A DNA stretch of 64,000 nt from the human T2T-CHM13v2.0 reference genome, Homo sapiens. Of the stretch, positions 52,213 through 64,000 are shown one piece after another. Position 1 is the first letter of the stretch; each line of letters begins with the position of its first letter. The translations under genes and the position numbers were made by a program. The stretch is from assembly GCF_009914755.1 (NCBI RefSeq), contig NC_060927.1; one strand, 5' to 3'. The notes under the pieces are model-generated. The model worked only from the letters and a program-made list of their open reading frames with translations, had not been told where the DNA came from and did not search any database.

Positions 52213-52785
52213 ACATTGCTTTTCTTAAAGAAGGTTTTTATTTCATTAAGAGAAATTCTGGTAGTATTTCTGCCATCCCACCTATTACAGTCATCATTAA
52301 AGCATAATCAAGATTATTTTAAGAATCTGTGAGATATATTGTACCTTATTTATTTATCACCAGCCCCTTTTCTAAATTTAATCTGAATCATTTTCTCTTT
52401 GATTTGTCACCTCTTATCTAATAGATTTTACTGTATTTTACAATATGCAGACCCATAGCATTCTATGTTCTACTAAATGATGTAAATATATTTTAGAATT
52501 GATACGTAAAACCTGCAACTAAATCTGCAACTAAATAAATGTCATAAACAAGTAGTCCCTATGAGTAACAAGAATTCAAAGTGCTTCCACATAATGCTGT
52601 TTAATATTTAGATCATTTAGATATCGATTATTCAATGACTTGATATAGATATAAATCTCTGTATGTATTATGGGCCTTTTGAAGATGGGTTATTGCATGG
52701 ATCTTCTCTGCATGATAGACACCCATCTATATTTTCTAACATCATAAGTTAAACATGATCATCAAGACTGAAGACAGTTTGGAGA

Positions 52786-53142
52786 CAGGTACAAAGCCAC
52801 AATCTCAGTCTAAAACAGTTGGGCCAATTGTGTTTCAGTTCAGAAGTTTTCTGGGTCTAGAACAATAAGGGATGCATATACTAGATGTTATAGAACATAT
52901 ACATGTGGGCATCTGGATAAGCACCAGCTAATTAAAAACAAATGTTCCTGTTCAGCAAAATAATGAGTGTTTATAAAAATATAAAATATAATTACATATC
53001 TTCATATCAATTGAGATCAAGGCTTGTCGCTGACTTAGTTTGAGTCAGGCCAGGTTTTGCCACATAGAGAATTGTATGGGAAAAACATCAGATTTCAGAG
53101 ACTTTAGGATTGTGAAATTATAAACAATGAATTATGCACATA
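52786..53142. mobile_element. Degraded TcMar-Tigger-like MITE
   Basis: ccacaatctc...ttgggccaattgtgtttcagttcagaagtttt at one end and gatttcagagactttaggattgtgaaatt at the other. Confidence 0.45.
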
Positions 53143-53449
53143 TACTAGTTTTACTATATATGGAGGTAAAAGGGAGGTATTTGTTGAATACTTGTGATTC
53201 AGTAATATTTTAATAAAATGTACCTTTGTTAAGTTGTATAATCCTCAAAATGGGCCTTGTGATGTATGAGTCATTATATCTAGGTAACATACTCAACTCA
53301 AAAGTAGAACCATCCTTGAGAATCCAGCTCTATTCCCAAGTCCTTTCCAACTACCATTATAGCCACCCCATTCTGCGAACACTTTCACTTGGTTGTATTT
53401 CTTTTATGCTTATTAAAGGACCCAGAACAGCATTGAGATTCCAATAAGC

Positions 53450-53756
53450 AGCCAGGTGCAGTGGCTCACACCTGTAATCCCAGCACTTTGAGAGGCCAAG
53501 GCCGGAAGATTGCTTGAACTCAGGAGTTCAAGACCAGCCTGGGCAACATAGGGAGACATTGTCTCTAATAAAATTAAAAATAATGATAATAATTAGCTGG
53601 GCATAGTGGGGCATGCCTGTAGTCCTAGCTACTTAGGAGGCTGAGGTGGGAGGATTGCTTGAGCCCAGGAGATCGAGGCTGCAGTGAGCTTGATCATGCC
53701 TCTGAACTCAAGCCCGGGCAACAAAGCGAGACCCTGCCCCCAAAAATAAAAAATAA
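53450..53756 (+). mobile_element. AluJ-like with TSD
   Basis: gccaggtgcagtggctcacacctgtaatccc...gaggattgcttgagcccaggag; TSD agattc(c/t)aataagc at 53436 and 53757. Confidence 0.95.
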
Positions 53757-54245
53757 AGATTCTAATAAGCACTCAGTAAATATCAACTGTTGGTCAACTA
53801 CTGATAGCCATTGGATAGTTCTGGGCTCCAATGGAGCTATTGCTTTTTTCCAGTCCAGTTTTGACTAGATCCACAGGGTAAGTAAGCCAGGTTTAGAACA
53901 ATAAGGTTTATGGTGACTTCACAAACTGTTAATGCATCTGTGGCATACTTAAAACAGAGAGGATAAATCATAGAAATAACTTAGTCTAGACACATTTAAG
54001 TAAATTTACACATAAACTTAATGGGATGTAAAAAATAACTCGTACATCTAGAGCGCTTTAAAATAACTCAATTATCAAATAGTAAAAATGAGCAAAACAT
54101 ATTAACCATATAAGGAGCTTTTAAAAGCACACAATCTTTTAAAATAAAATCAATGTGTTGATTTAAAACAAAAGCTTTTTAAGGAATTTTTACTTAGAAT
54201 TTTGTGCAAACTGCAACTTTTCATCTATTTGCTAAGCTTTTTTTA

Positions 54246-54264
54246 GAGCTCCCTCTACTGTTCA
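54246..54264 (-). promoter_or_regulatory. Candidate CTCF binding motif
   Basis: Minus strand gaacagtagagggagctc resembles the CTCF core CCAG(C/T)AG(A/G)(G/T)GGC(A/G)C; motif only. Confidence 0.4.
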
Positions 54265-55513
54265 AATATGAACATGCTCATTGAAATTTAAGGAAGGTAA
54301 TCTGGTTTAGAAACATACAGGCTGCTGAAGATTTACATTAATAACTTGTGCAAGAATCGTCAAAAATGTGAATTTTCTGCTCTTTTTACTTAAAGTCATC
54401 CATCTAGTTTTATAGCCCTGCTCCTCAAATAAGAAAGAAAATATCTCTGTTGTACATCTTATGGATGCATAAATGTTATTTTCAGAATTCTACCTCTCTC
54501 CTGACTTAATCAGGAAATATCTGTTAATTTTCTTACCATTTCATGTATGACAAAACTGTATCATACAGAATACAAGAAAAAATGTTCTAAAACTTATGTA
54601 ATGAAGATTAAAGAAGTCTTAAAATATCATGTGCTTCATAACTCCGGAAGATGAGAGATCATATTTGCACAGGTGATATGAAATTATGTAAGGTCTTTTT
54701 ATCTCTAGCATGTATAACTCACAGTTCCTGTGTGAGTTAAATAAATATTAAGTATTATGCAGTATTATTGAAAAGAAACCAGGAAATACTAATACAGCAT
54801 TCAATTAACAAAAGAAAACATTCTCAAAGCCAGATTTGTATGTGTAGGTCATGTTACTTGTTAGGAGATAAGATTTTACCAGAATACATGTAGTGAGTGG
54901 TAATGTTTCATTTTATTGGGAAAATGTGTAAATTTCAGATTGTTCTTTGTTTGAAATAATATACAGAATTTTTCCAACTCTGATTAAATCACAAACAATA
55001 AAATATAGGAAGCCATAAAATATCTTTTCAATAAAATTACCAGAGTAAATATGAGACCTAGAGGTTTTTATACCAAGATACTGAGAAACAAACCAGTAGT
55101 TAACTTCATGAGATAGAATTATCAAAGTGTAAAACTCCAATTAAGATAATGGTAGAGTTTATTAATTTAATAAATCAAGAGACAAAGAACAATATAATTC
55201 ATAGGAGTTAGGTAATAACATACAGTAGTTACATATTTCTCTAATGAGTCCCAAATTCATATTTAACATTACATAATTAATTAGCCAGGAAGTACTAAGA
55301 CTGTTTAAGTTAAATTACATTATTAGTTTGTAGAAATAGAAGGTAATTTCTAGCTGATTTCTCCATTTTATGTACAGGAAAAAAAATGTCACATTTTAGA
55401 AGGCTGATTTTTTAAAACCATCTTCCGTATTGCACTGCGTATTTAAAATGTACTGAAATGAAAATAATGGAAGTAAATTACTAAAGGCAGACCATTCTAA
55501 AAGTGTTGAATTT

Positions 55514-55560
55514 TGAGGTGGGAGGATCACTTGAGCCCAAGAGCTCAAGTTCAGCCTGGA
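55514..55560 (+). mobile_element. Short Alu/FLAM fragment
   Basis: gaggtgggaggatcacttgagcccaagagctcaagttcagcctgg. Confidence 0.7.
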
Positions 55561-55689
55561 TATCATTGATGTATTCTGAAGATTTTGGAAAGTCTAGATA
55601 TGCAACTATATCCTCTAAAATGTAGTCATATAAATGTTATAACACCTTAAGAAGTGATATTATACCTGAAGTATTTGATAGAAATGCTT

Positions 55690-55920
55690 TCTATAAATAA
55701 TATGTGGCACTTACTATGTGTCAAAGACTGCCATAAACACTGTAAGTACAAATTTATTGAATCCTTTTAGCAGGGCAGTACTATCACTAACCCCATTTTA
55801 GAGAGAACAAAACTGAAGCACAGACAGGTTTTAAAAAATCTAAGATCCTGAGCAGCTAGTAACTAGGGAAGCTGATATTTAAACCTGTGCATCCAGCTTC
55901 AGACCGGATACCTTTAACCA
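55690..55920 (-). mobile_element. MIR SINE
   Basis: gcacttactatgtgtca...ccccattttagagagaacaaaactgaagcacagacaggtt. Confidence 0.72.
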
Positions 55921-58328
55921 CACCATCATCATCATCTCTCTCTACTTGTGCCTGAGGTAGGGTGGTTGTTTTTCTCTTCCTTTTTTGTTTTTGTCTTTGT
56001 TTGTTTTTTAATGAAATCATGGGGTTGGAACTGTATCAGTTTGAACTAGGAAGTGAGTCCTGGTGCTAACTGGAGGAAGCTAAGAATTGTATTCTCCATC
56101 ATCGACATTTAGTCAAAATGCTATTTACTTGAACAGTGTGCTCAAACAATGCATAAACAGATTAATCTGATTTCTAAAAACCTTAAGGAGTCCTTACTTC
56201 CCACCTATAGATATTCTTATGTCAAAATGAATACGTCAAAAAGTATGTAAGTCTCTGAGAATGACTGCAAAGCTTGGGGCATAAGTATAGATTGACATCC
56301 TTCAGGAGGACTCCACAACTTTATTCTGAGTCACAGATTGATGTATGCTCAAAAATGTTAAGCATTGCAAAAGGCAAATTCTAGCCCCTTGAGGGAATAT
56401 TGCAAGTAGCATCTCCATCCACACTTACCTATTTCCATAGACTTTGTCCATCATAGTCCCGGGACACACTGAACTGGGTTATTCCTTAAACATGCTGTGC
56501 AGTCTTGGAATGCTATGTGCCTAGCTTCTGTCCCAGGTCTTTTGCTACTGACAGCATAAACTTCTCTTCCTTCTTTTGCTTTTTGGGGTATCAGCCTCTT
56601 CATTTGTGTAGTAGGAATCCAGCAAACAAAAAATGTTGGTTTTTGTTGGGCTCATTTTTTAAGGATTGAATTAATTTTAATTAGTTAGTTTAGCACTTCC
56701 ACGTTGCCTGGGACAGGTTAAGTATCAACTCTCCCTTGCTTTTGTGTAGCGAAAAGGGCATGGATTTGAGGTCAAATAGATCTGGATTAGGATCTCAATT
56801 CTTTTTTTGTATCAGCCATGTGATTTGGGCAATTTCCCTGATATGTCTAAGACTCAGTTTCCTCTACAAAAACTGGGGTTGATAATAGCTACATAACAGA
56901 GTGGTTTTAATAAATCAATTTTAAAAGTATCTCAAAGTGCCCTTTTGAAGTTCAATCAGAGCATTATCAAACTAACCCATTTAAGAGTCAGCTGGTGCTC
57001 TAAGGAATTGCAACTTTGTTTGATTTACTATTTACTATCGATTAGAACCATACTGTAAAGTTTCATGTTAATTTTGTGAAGATTGACAAATAACAAATGT
57101 TTTCTGTCCCGTGGAAAAAATAGTTTTCAATTTTTTTTTTTTTTTTGCTTATAGGATGTTAACCAATCTTATATCTAATTTTGTAACATGATTCCAGAGA
57201 TTTATTTTTCTCCACTGACTCTATATTTGGCAGCCTATTACTTTTTTGAACCAGCATTATCATCCTGCTAGTTCCCTTAATAATTTATATAGTTTTAAAA
57301 TCTTTGATGAGGGCTCATCATATCTACTTTTAACTTTGCACAGTTTCATAGGAGCAGCTAAGTACCTGCAGAAGAAGCATTTGGTGGCCTCATTCCTTGG
57401 GCACTTTTTGGAATGATCCACCGCATGGGGAAACTCTTGCTCTCTTCACTGCATGAAATGTTCTTGAGTAACATTTCCTCCTATTATCCCAACCATCCTC
57501 CTTGGCCTAGTTTAAATGCTTTCTCCTTCAGGAAGTCTTACTAATTCTGCAAATCAGAAGTGACTGCTCTCTGCGTTCCCATAGCATTTTCTTTGTCATT
57601 GAAATTAATCATGGTTATTTGTGTATGTGTCTTAACTCCCCTGATGAACTAGAGTGTATTTGAGAGCAGAGATGTTATCTTGTTCATCATTTAATACACA
57701 TTATTTTCCGTCCTGTGCTTTTCCCTAGCATACATAGAACAATAAATATCTGTTTATTAGAATTAAGCATGAAAAACTATGAAATAAACCAATTAAACTG
57801 ATTAAAAAGTCAAAATAATTCAGGTTTGTGTGAATGAGTATAACAAAATCAGGTAAATAATCACCAGTAAAATATAGAAAATAGAAAAGTATAGAGGTGT
57901 TTCATTAGATAACCACATAAATTTATAAAGCTCTTATTACTTATAGTTAAAATAATTGGAAAAATATCCTAAAAAGTAAACCCATTCTGGAGATCATTCT
58001 CTTTATGTAGCATACAACTTTGAATCACATAAAAACTTTCAATGATGTTAGCAGGAGTCAGCTTCTATACCTAAAACAGTATTCCCTTTAGAGCTTTAAG
58101 TTTTAGAACAATATAAAGAAAACCTTTTAATATTGATTGCCAAGAACAAATGTATCATCACTGACAGGGTGATATATGGTAAATCACATATCTTATGCAC
58201 ATGAGTTTTTCTGCCTGTAAAATGAGAGTATACCCACTTCCTATCATAGAGAAACATTATGAATGTGAGCTAGGCTAAATCTCCCTGAGCTTCAAGGAGA
58301 ATGAACTAAATACATCTGTGAAATAGAA

Positions 58329-58490
58329 CCGGGCTTCTCAAACTTTAATGTGTAAACACCTCACTGGGGAATCTTGTTCCTGTGCAGATTCTGATTTAAT
58401 ATCTCTAGACTGAGCCTAAGATGCTGTGTGATCTCATAGGCTCCCAGGTGCCGCCAGTGCTGCTGGTCCATGGACAGTAATTGGAGGAAC
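58329..58490. mobile_element. MER5-type hAT-Charlie MITE
   Basis: ggcttctcaaactttaatgtg...atcttgtt...gcagattctgatt...ctcccaggtg...tgctgctggtccatggac. Confidence 0.75.
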
Positions 58491-58711
58491 AAAATTAAAA
58501 ACCTATTTAAAAACTGTCCTTCCTCTTTGAATGTTGATTGCCTTCTATCTAGCCTTTCAAAATTTGCCCTTATCATTCTATAAACTTGTTAAGGAAGTGA
58601 AAAGACATTTTTCTATTTCTTGCTCAGTGAAACGGAGAGAAAACAGAAAAATGTTTGTTTTAGATATTAGCCCTCTTCCTGATTTTGGAAAACATCCAAA
58701 AAAATTAACTA

Positions 58712-58788
58712 TTTTTTAAGAGATAGGGTCTTGCTAAGTTACACAGGCTGGACTTGAACTCCTGGGCTCAAGAAATCCTTCTGCCTCA
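58712..58788 (-). mobile_element. FLAM/Alu monomer fragment
   Basis: agagatagggtcttgcta...caggctggacttgaactcctgggctcaagaaatccttctgcctca. Confidence 0.82.
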
Positions 58789-60308
58789 AAAACTCAACAT
58801 TTTTACAATACCTTGATAATTCCCATTCTTTCCATTTCTGTACAGTTTTAATATGCAGTGCAACATGGAAGATGATTTAAAAATGGAAAAATTTTGGAGG
58901 TAAACTCTAATACTTTCTTCTCTCCTAATACTATAAAATATTTCTTTATATTACTAATATTTATAGTTAGTACATAATGTTTTATCAGAGCCCAAAATTA
59001 TGTACAGAATTTTCATAATATTAAAACAACTGACCATGTAATTTCATGGTACCCTATAATCACCATGCTAATTATACGGTTTTTGAAAATGTTCAAACTG
59101 GTTAGCAAGGAATTATAAAATGACATTTTACTTGTCATAGGCAAGTATTTTTGTCTCTTTGGAGGTAGAAGTATGAGACAATAAATTTGAGAGAGACCTT
59201 CCCCCTTTTGGGCCAAAAAATACGACTTGTTCTCTATAGAAAGACAAGCAATTCATTCTTTATCTTTCTTTCCAAAGGTTAAAGAAATATTTCTTTTCTG
59301 TTCATACCTATAACTTGTCCAAACCAAATGCTAATATGTAGGGGCAGTTCTTTTAAAATTCATATTTTAACCTGCAAAATGTCAATCATATAACCATCTC
59401 CACAATAAGCCCCTCAGTAAAAGAGCTAAAGAAATTTAATTTAGTTGAGTTTTTAGATTTGTGGAGAGAGAGAGAGGATTTTAGTGACTGCCTCTCATTT
59501 TGCTTAGAATATGCTATCATTTTTTTTAGAGTAAGGTGCTCTAAAGTTCTTAGTGCAAGGAGTAGAAGAATTTACAATACATTAAAATAAATTTTAAAAT
59601 TGGAAGAATTTCAGTATAAAGTGGATTCTGCATAAACATATATTTAGGGGAATCTGATTGGAATTTCACCACTGAGAAAATTCCATAAGTGTGTTAATTA
59701 TACAGTTATTCTAATTCCATGTTTGGCATATGTTTAATTAACTGAAGGAATTACTATATTTTAAAAGTAGCTGTCATGAGAAGCAGCATGGTTCTTGTTA
59801 ACTTTTGTTGAATTTCTTAGCAAACACAAATATAACATGCCAGTAATAATGTAATAACATGCAGTAGCCACATCATACACTGATATGAGCCCTTCTTCAG
59901 AGCCATGGGCGGCAAAAGTGTCAGCATGACTGACTTTATTAAGGTGCCTCTTCACATGGAGGATTGATTGATGGATGATATGATACTCTCACTACTGGCA
60001 ATTCTTGAATGCAACCGTCTTGAGACTGTGACCCTATATAAGCTTTAAATCCAATCAGTTTGTTCTCTTTAATCTAATTTTCTAGCTCTGCAAAGCATCC
60101 CATTTTGTCAGTAGACCCCATATCACTGGTGTACTATTGGTATAATCACAAATCAGGTGGCCTACTTTTTGCTGAGGTTTTAAGAGCTTCCAAAAGCAGA
60201 TTGAGAATATATGTTTATTTTTAAAATCTCATTTTTTAAAAAAGTATTCATAACACTTTACCCTTTGTGTTTTGTTTATTATTTTTACAGTTTAAATCAT
60301 TTTCTTTC

Positions 60309-60410
60309 TTTTTTTTTTTTTTTTTTTTTTTGACAGAGATTGCACCACTGCAATCCAGCCTGGGTAACAGGAGTGAAACTCCGTCTCACAAAAAAAAAAA
60401 AAAAAGAAAA
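60309..60410. mobile_element. Two fused, oppositely oriented Alu 3' ends
   Basis: T23-gacagag (minus Alu end) runs directly into gagattgcaccactgcaatccagcctggg...ctccgtctca-A-tail (plus Alu end). Confidence 0.8.
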
Positions 60411-61689
60411 GTAAAAAAGAAAATGAGAGTATTATTTTTCTTTTCTGTAATCTAACAATTCCTTGATAATTATTCTTCAGTAATTATTCTGACTAAATCT
60501 GGAATTGGCACTTTCACATTTCCAGGGACACTATACCTTGTAAATCGTAAGTAGTTTTCCTTGGAAGAAAGGAGGAAAGGAGAGGAATAGGGAAGAAGAG
60601 GAAAGGAGGAAATAAAACATGACTTCTTTGTATCTATCTCAGGAAGACTAAAAGCAGTCTGTTAATATTCTTTATAACAGAAGCATTGGGGCAGATCTCT
60701 CCTGGCTGGATTTTTGGTTTGAGGCTTCATACACAATCAGAGCAGAGCATAATTGTTAGAGAACAAATCTCTTGTACATAACACACCTTGATATGTTGCT
60801 ACATGGTATCTTTTTTAAATGTAAAAACTACATATCTCATTTTTTAGGAAATAATACTTTGAGGAAGATTGCCTCAAAAATCTATCAGCAAATTAAAAAG
60901 ATGCTTCTTTTTTTTAATTTTCTTTATCCTCCATACCCAGCTCCATAATAAATTGGGAAACATAATTATTTTGTGGTTCTGTAAGCAATGACCTTACACA
61001 GCTTTCCCTTGGAAACTAATAAACTTTGCTGACATGGGACAAATTCTCAAAATTCTACTCTATTTTTGTACATGTTATTGTTTACACCATCCTAGCAGAA
61101 ACTGTCCAAATCAAAGAGTCAAGCATATTGTCTTTAATTAACACTGTTGAGTTGTTAGCATGTCCAAAAGCAGTTTATACATGCTTCAATCACACCTGAA
61201 ATGTAGCCAGTGACACCACAACATGAGTAAGTGCTTGTATTTAATCAAATTAGAAGCAATTTAACACTTTCTAGGGGAACTGGGGAAGACATCTGAATTG
61301 AGGATTTCGATTTCTGCAGTATTTGGATTTAGAAGTAAAAACCACTAGCATTTATTTGGGTAATCTCAAACCTTATCATAATCCCTATATAAGGGATTAC
61401 TGCCGTTATTAATATCTGAAGAATCATTCACAAGTGATGAGATAAGAAATAGGTCCAGTCTCATTAAGACACTTCAAAAGCCAACAAAGAACTGGCCTTT
61501 TGTCTAATAATGTCCAGTCCCTCTACATATGTTTTACATCGCTTTTCTCCTGCCTTCCTTCCCATGCACTTCATCTGTTGTTTCCATTCTGTTTTAACTT
61601 TCAAATTTCCTTCTCTACTACTCTAATACAAAACTAGTGTTTTGCCAATTAATAAGAGCAAAGAAAAGAGTCAGGTTGTTTAAAACCTG

Positions 61690-61862
61690 ACTGTGTCACT
61701 TACCAGCTTGGGAACTTAGACAGGTTCACCTGTCCATGCCCCAATTTCTTTGTAAAAATAAACCAGTAATAACAATATTGTAGGGTCGTCATGAGTGTTA
61801 AATAAATCTTCATGGGTGAACACCTGGGACAATGCCTGGCACACTGGAACATTAGCTGCTGT
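61690..61862 (+). mobile_element. MIR SINE
   Basis: tgtcacttaccagc...tagggtcgtcatgagtgttaaata...acaatgcctggcacac. Confidence 0.65.
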
Positions 61863-61959
61863 TATTTTTATTACTATTGACTCCTTCCCAATCAGCACTC
61901 AAATATGTGCTGAAGTATCATTAGGTTAAACCGCAGTTCCACATTACTCTCCTGTCTTG

Positions 61960-63115
61960 GGTCTCTACTCATTTTCTCAGTCGAGCTTCCCAATAAAATT
62001 GTCTACACAGGCTGGCTTCACCTCTCACCCCCCATTCATTTCTTCATATCCTGCAACTCTCTCCCTGCTCCCAGGGCTACTCTACTAAACTGTTCTTTTT
62101 AGTTCATTTGTAACATTTTGCTGTCATGCCAATGGACTCTTCGATCATCATCCCTCTTGACCTCGCAGCTGCTTTTCACATAGTTGGTGTTCTGTCTCTT
62201 GGCCTCCACGGAGCCTCATTATTGCCCCCACCTGCTACTTCTCCATCTCCCTCGCCTCCCTTGATGGTTCTTTATTCCCTTTTCATAGTATTGTCTTAGC
62301 CCAGCAATCTCATGAGTCCCATCACTTCAGCTGTCCACCATAGTGGATGACATTGCTGTTTTCTCTTCTTTCAAGCTTCAGGCCAATATATTCAACAGCC
62401 TCCACGGCATCTGTAACTGGACACCTAAAGGAATTTCATACTTCATATTTAAGCCTGAACTAGTAATCCTTTCGCCCAAACCTACAATCTCTCCAGCCTT
62501 CTTCGTTTTACTAAATGGCCACTTCATACACAGAGTGGCTGAAATCAACATCACCCTTTTGCTACTCTTGCCCATGTAAAATCTACCATGCTAGCCAGGT
62601 GATTTTCTCTATAATACATCTCTTGAAAAATCATACCAAGTCTCTCTAGCACTATTCTTCCCACCTTACTTCGATCATTTTGGATTTCTTCCTGGACCAC
62701 TAACTTTGCTCCCTATATTTTCTTTTATATTCTGCTACTAACTCCCTCTGATCCTTCCTCCACAAACAGCCATCTTTTAAAAATAGAAATTGGATCATAT
62801 TACCTTCCTGTGCAAAATCCTTTCATTGGCTTCTTGCTGGAACCATAATAAATAAAAGATAGCATCTTTACCACAGAATTCTCTGTCCTGAGTCAATTTC
62901 ATATATCTCCAGTATATTTTTTAATTCATTCTATTTTTGTTGCATCTTATGATTTATTTTACAGTTTACAGCTATGTTTATTTATGCTTTTATTTTTTAT
63001 TTACTCTTTCTCTTCTTAAACTGTAAGTACCATGAAGTCACAGGACAGTTTTTACTAAATCTGTAATGCTACTAGTTCAATAAATATTTCTTGAAGAAAT
63101 GAATAAATGATTGAA
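61960..63115 (+). mobile_element. L2 LINE fragments including a 3' end
   Basis: cttgacctcgcagctgcttttcacatagttg, tggatcatattaccttcctg, actgtaagtaccatgaagtcacaggac...tcaataaatatttcttgaagaaatgaataaatga. Confidence 0.65.
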
Positions 63116-64000
63116 GGAAACTTCCACAACTAATTCTACAGAAAAAAACACATATCAAGTATGCTATACTGCAAATATTACCTGAGAAAGAGTGAGATTT
63201 TATCTTAATTATTTCAAAAATCTTAACTGAAAGTCTTGGTTCATATGTTTGAGGGGAAGTTTCATGTCTAATATGTTTACCTATTAAGACCAGATGGAGG
63301 TCAGCTGGAGCCATATGTACGAAATTTGGAAGCTGACAAAATAGGACATGAGTTTTTATTGCTCCTTTCAAAAAAGCTATGACTTTGGTTGAGTTACAAA
63401 AAAAAAAAAAAAAAGAAAGAAAGAAAACAAAACTTTGAGTCTGTTCTCTAAGATAGAAAATACCACCTGCCTTAATCAGCCAGTATGAAGATGAAATTAT
63501 TTATGGCATAAACATGTCATTCGACACTCAAATACCAACCTGATTCCCCTTTTTAGACAGGGTCCATTCTCTGGCAGCAAGTACTTTGATTTAGCTCTCA
63601 CCCTTATACTCTTTGCTAGAGGCCACCTAAAGAGGTCCCCAACACAAGGAAGAAGGTAACGGAGCAGGTGGTGGCTTGAGTATCCACTCATTTCTGCCTG
63701 CCCTCTGCTCCTGATTTAGGATATCAGTAGGAGACTTCCCTTGGGGGCTGTTATATCATTTCTGTAGTATTTGAGTTTGGTTTTTGAGTACTGAGTATAG
63801 GTTTATTTGAGTTTTCTTATCAAAGTCATTATTCATTATTATATTGTTAATTTGATTAATTTTTTATTTGCTAGAGCCTGGTTGCTCTTTCTTAGCTTCT
63901 CTCCCCCAACTGCTAACCCAACCCCTGTTTTTTTTTTGTTTTTTTTTTTGTGTTTTTTTTTTGTTTTTTTTTTTGGTTTTTTTCTCTTGGTCTGACAGTA

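Noticed and set aside
57131-57160. Strong-looking splice acceptor (T16-gcttatag)
   Set aside because: No matching donor or ORF could be tied to it; the motif alone is insufficient.
59761-59955. 64-aa ORF with a hydrophobic stretch; possible exon or pseudogene
   Set aside because: No convincing similarity to a protein I recognise, and no splice sites, poly(A) or TSD support.
63561-63655. Possible plus-strand exon (ttttagacag...gaag|gtaac)
   Set aside because: Weak splice signals and no recognisable coding content; cannot be supported without transcript data.

Overview
Non-coding, AT-rich, repeat-rich primate genomic DNA (Alu J/S/Y, L1PA, L2, MIR, MaLR, MER2, MER52, HERV-H lineage), from an intron or gene desert. 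I find no credible protein-coding exon, tRNA/rRNA gene or CpG island. The ORF track is explained by Alu, LTR, microsatellite and low-complexity reading frames, plus broken retroviral gag/pro/pol frames. The main element is a 4.57-kb internally deleted HERV-H-lineage provirus on the minus strand (17171-21742). It has a tRNA-Phe-type rather than tRNA-His primer binding site, and its two LTRs differ mostly at their ends, suggesting gene conversion. Several local rearrangement scars are not explained by repeat annotation: a 192-bp dispersed direct duplication, a ~170-bp inverted duplication, a reconstructable templated insertion and a collapsed fold-back Alu. There is also a 165-bp pure purine tract with (GAA)25 and several enhancer-like blocks. 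I see no evidence of a new multi-gene system. Repeat family and subfamily names are from recalled consensus sequences and need RepeatMasker/Dfam confirmation.
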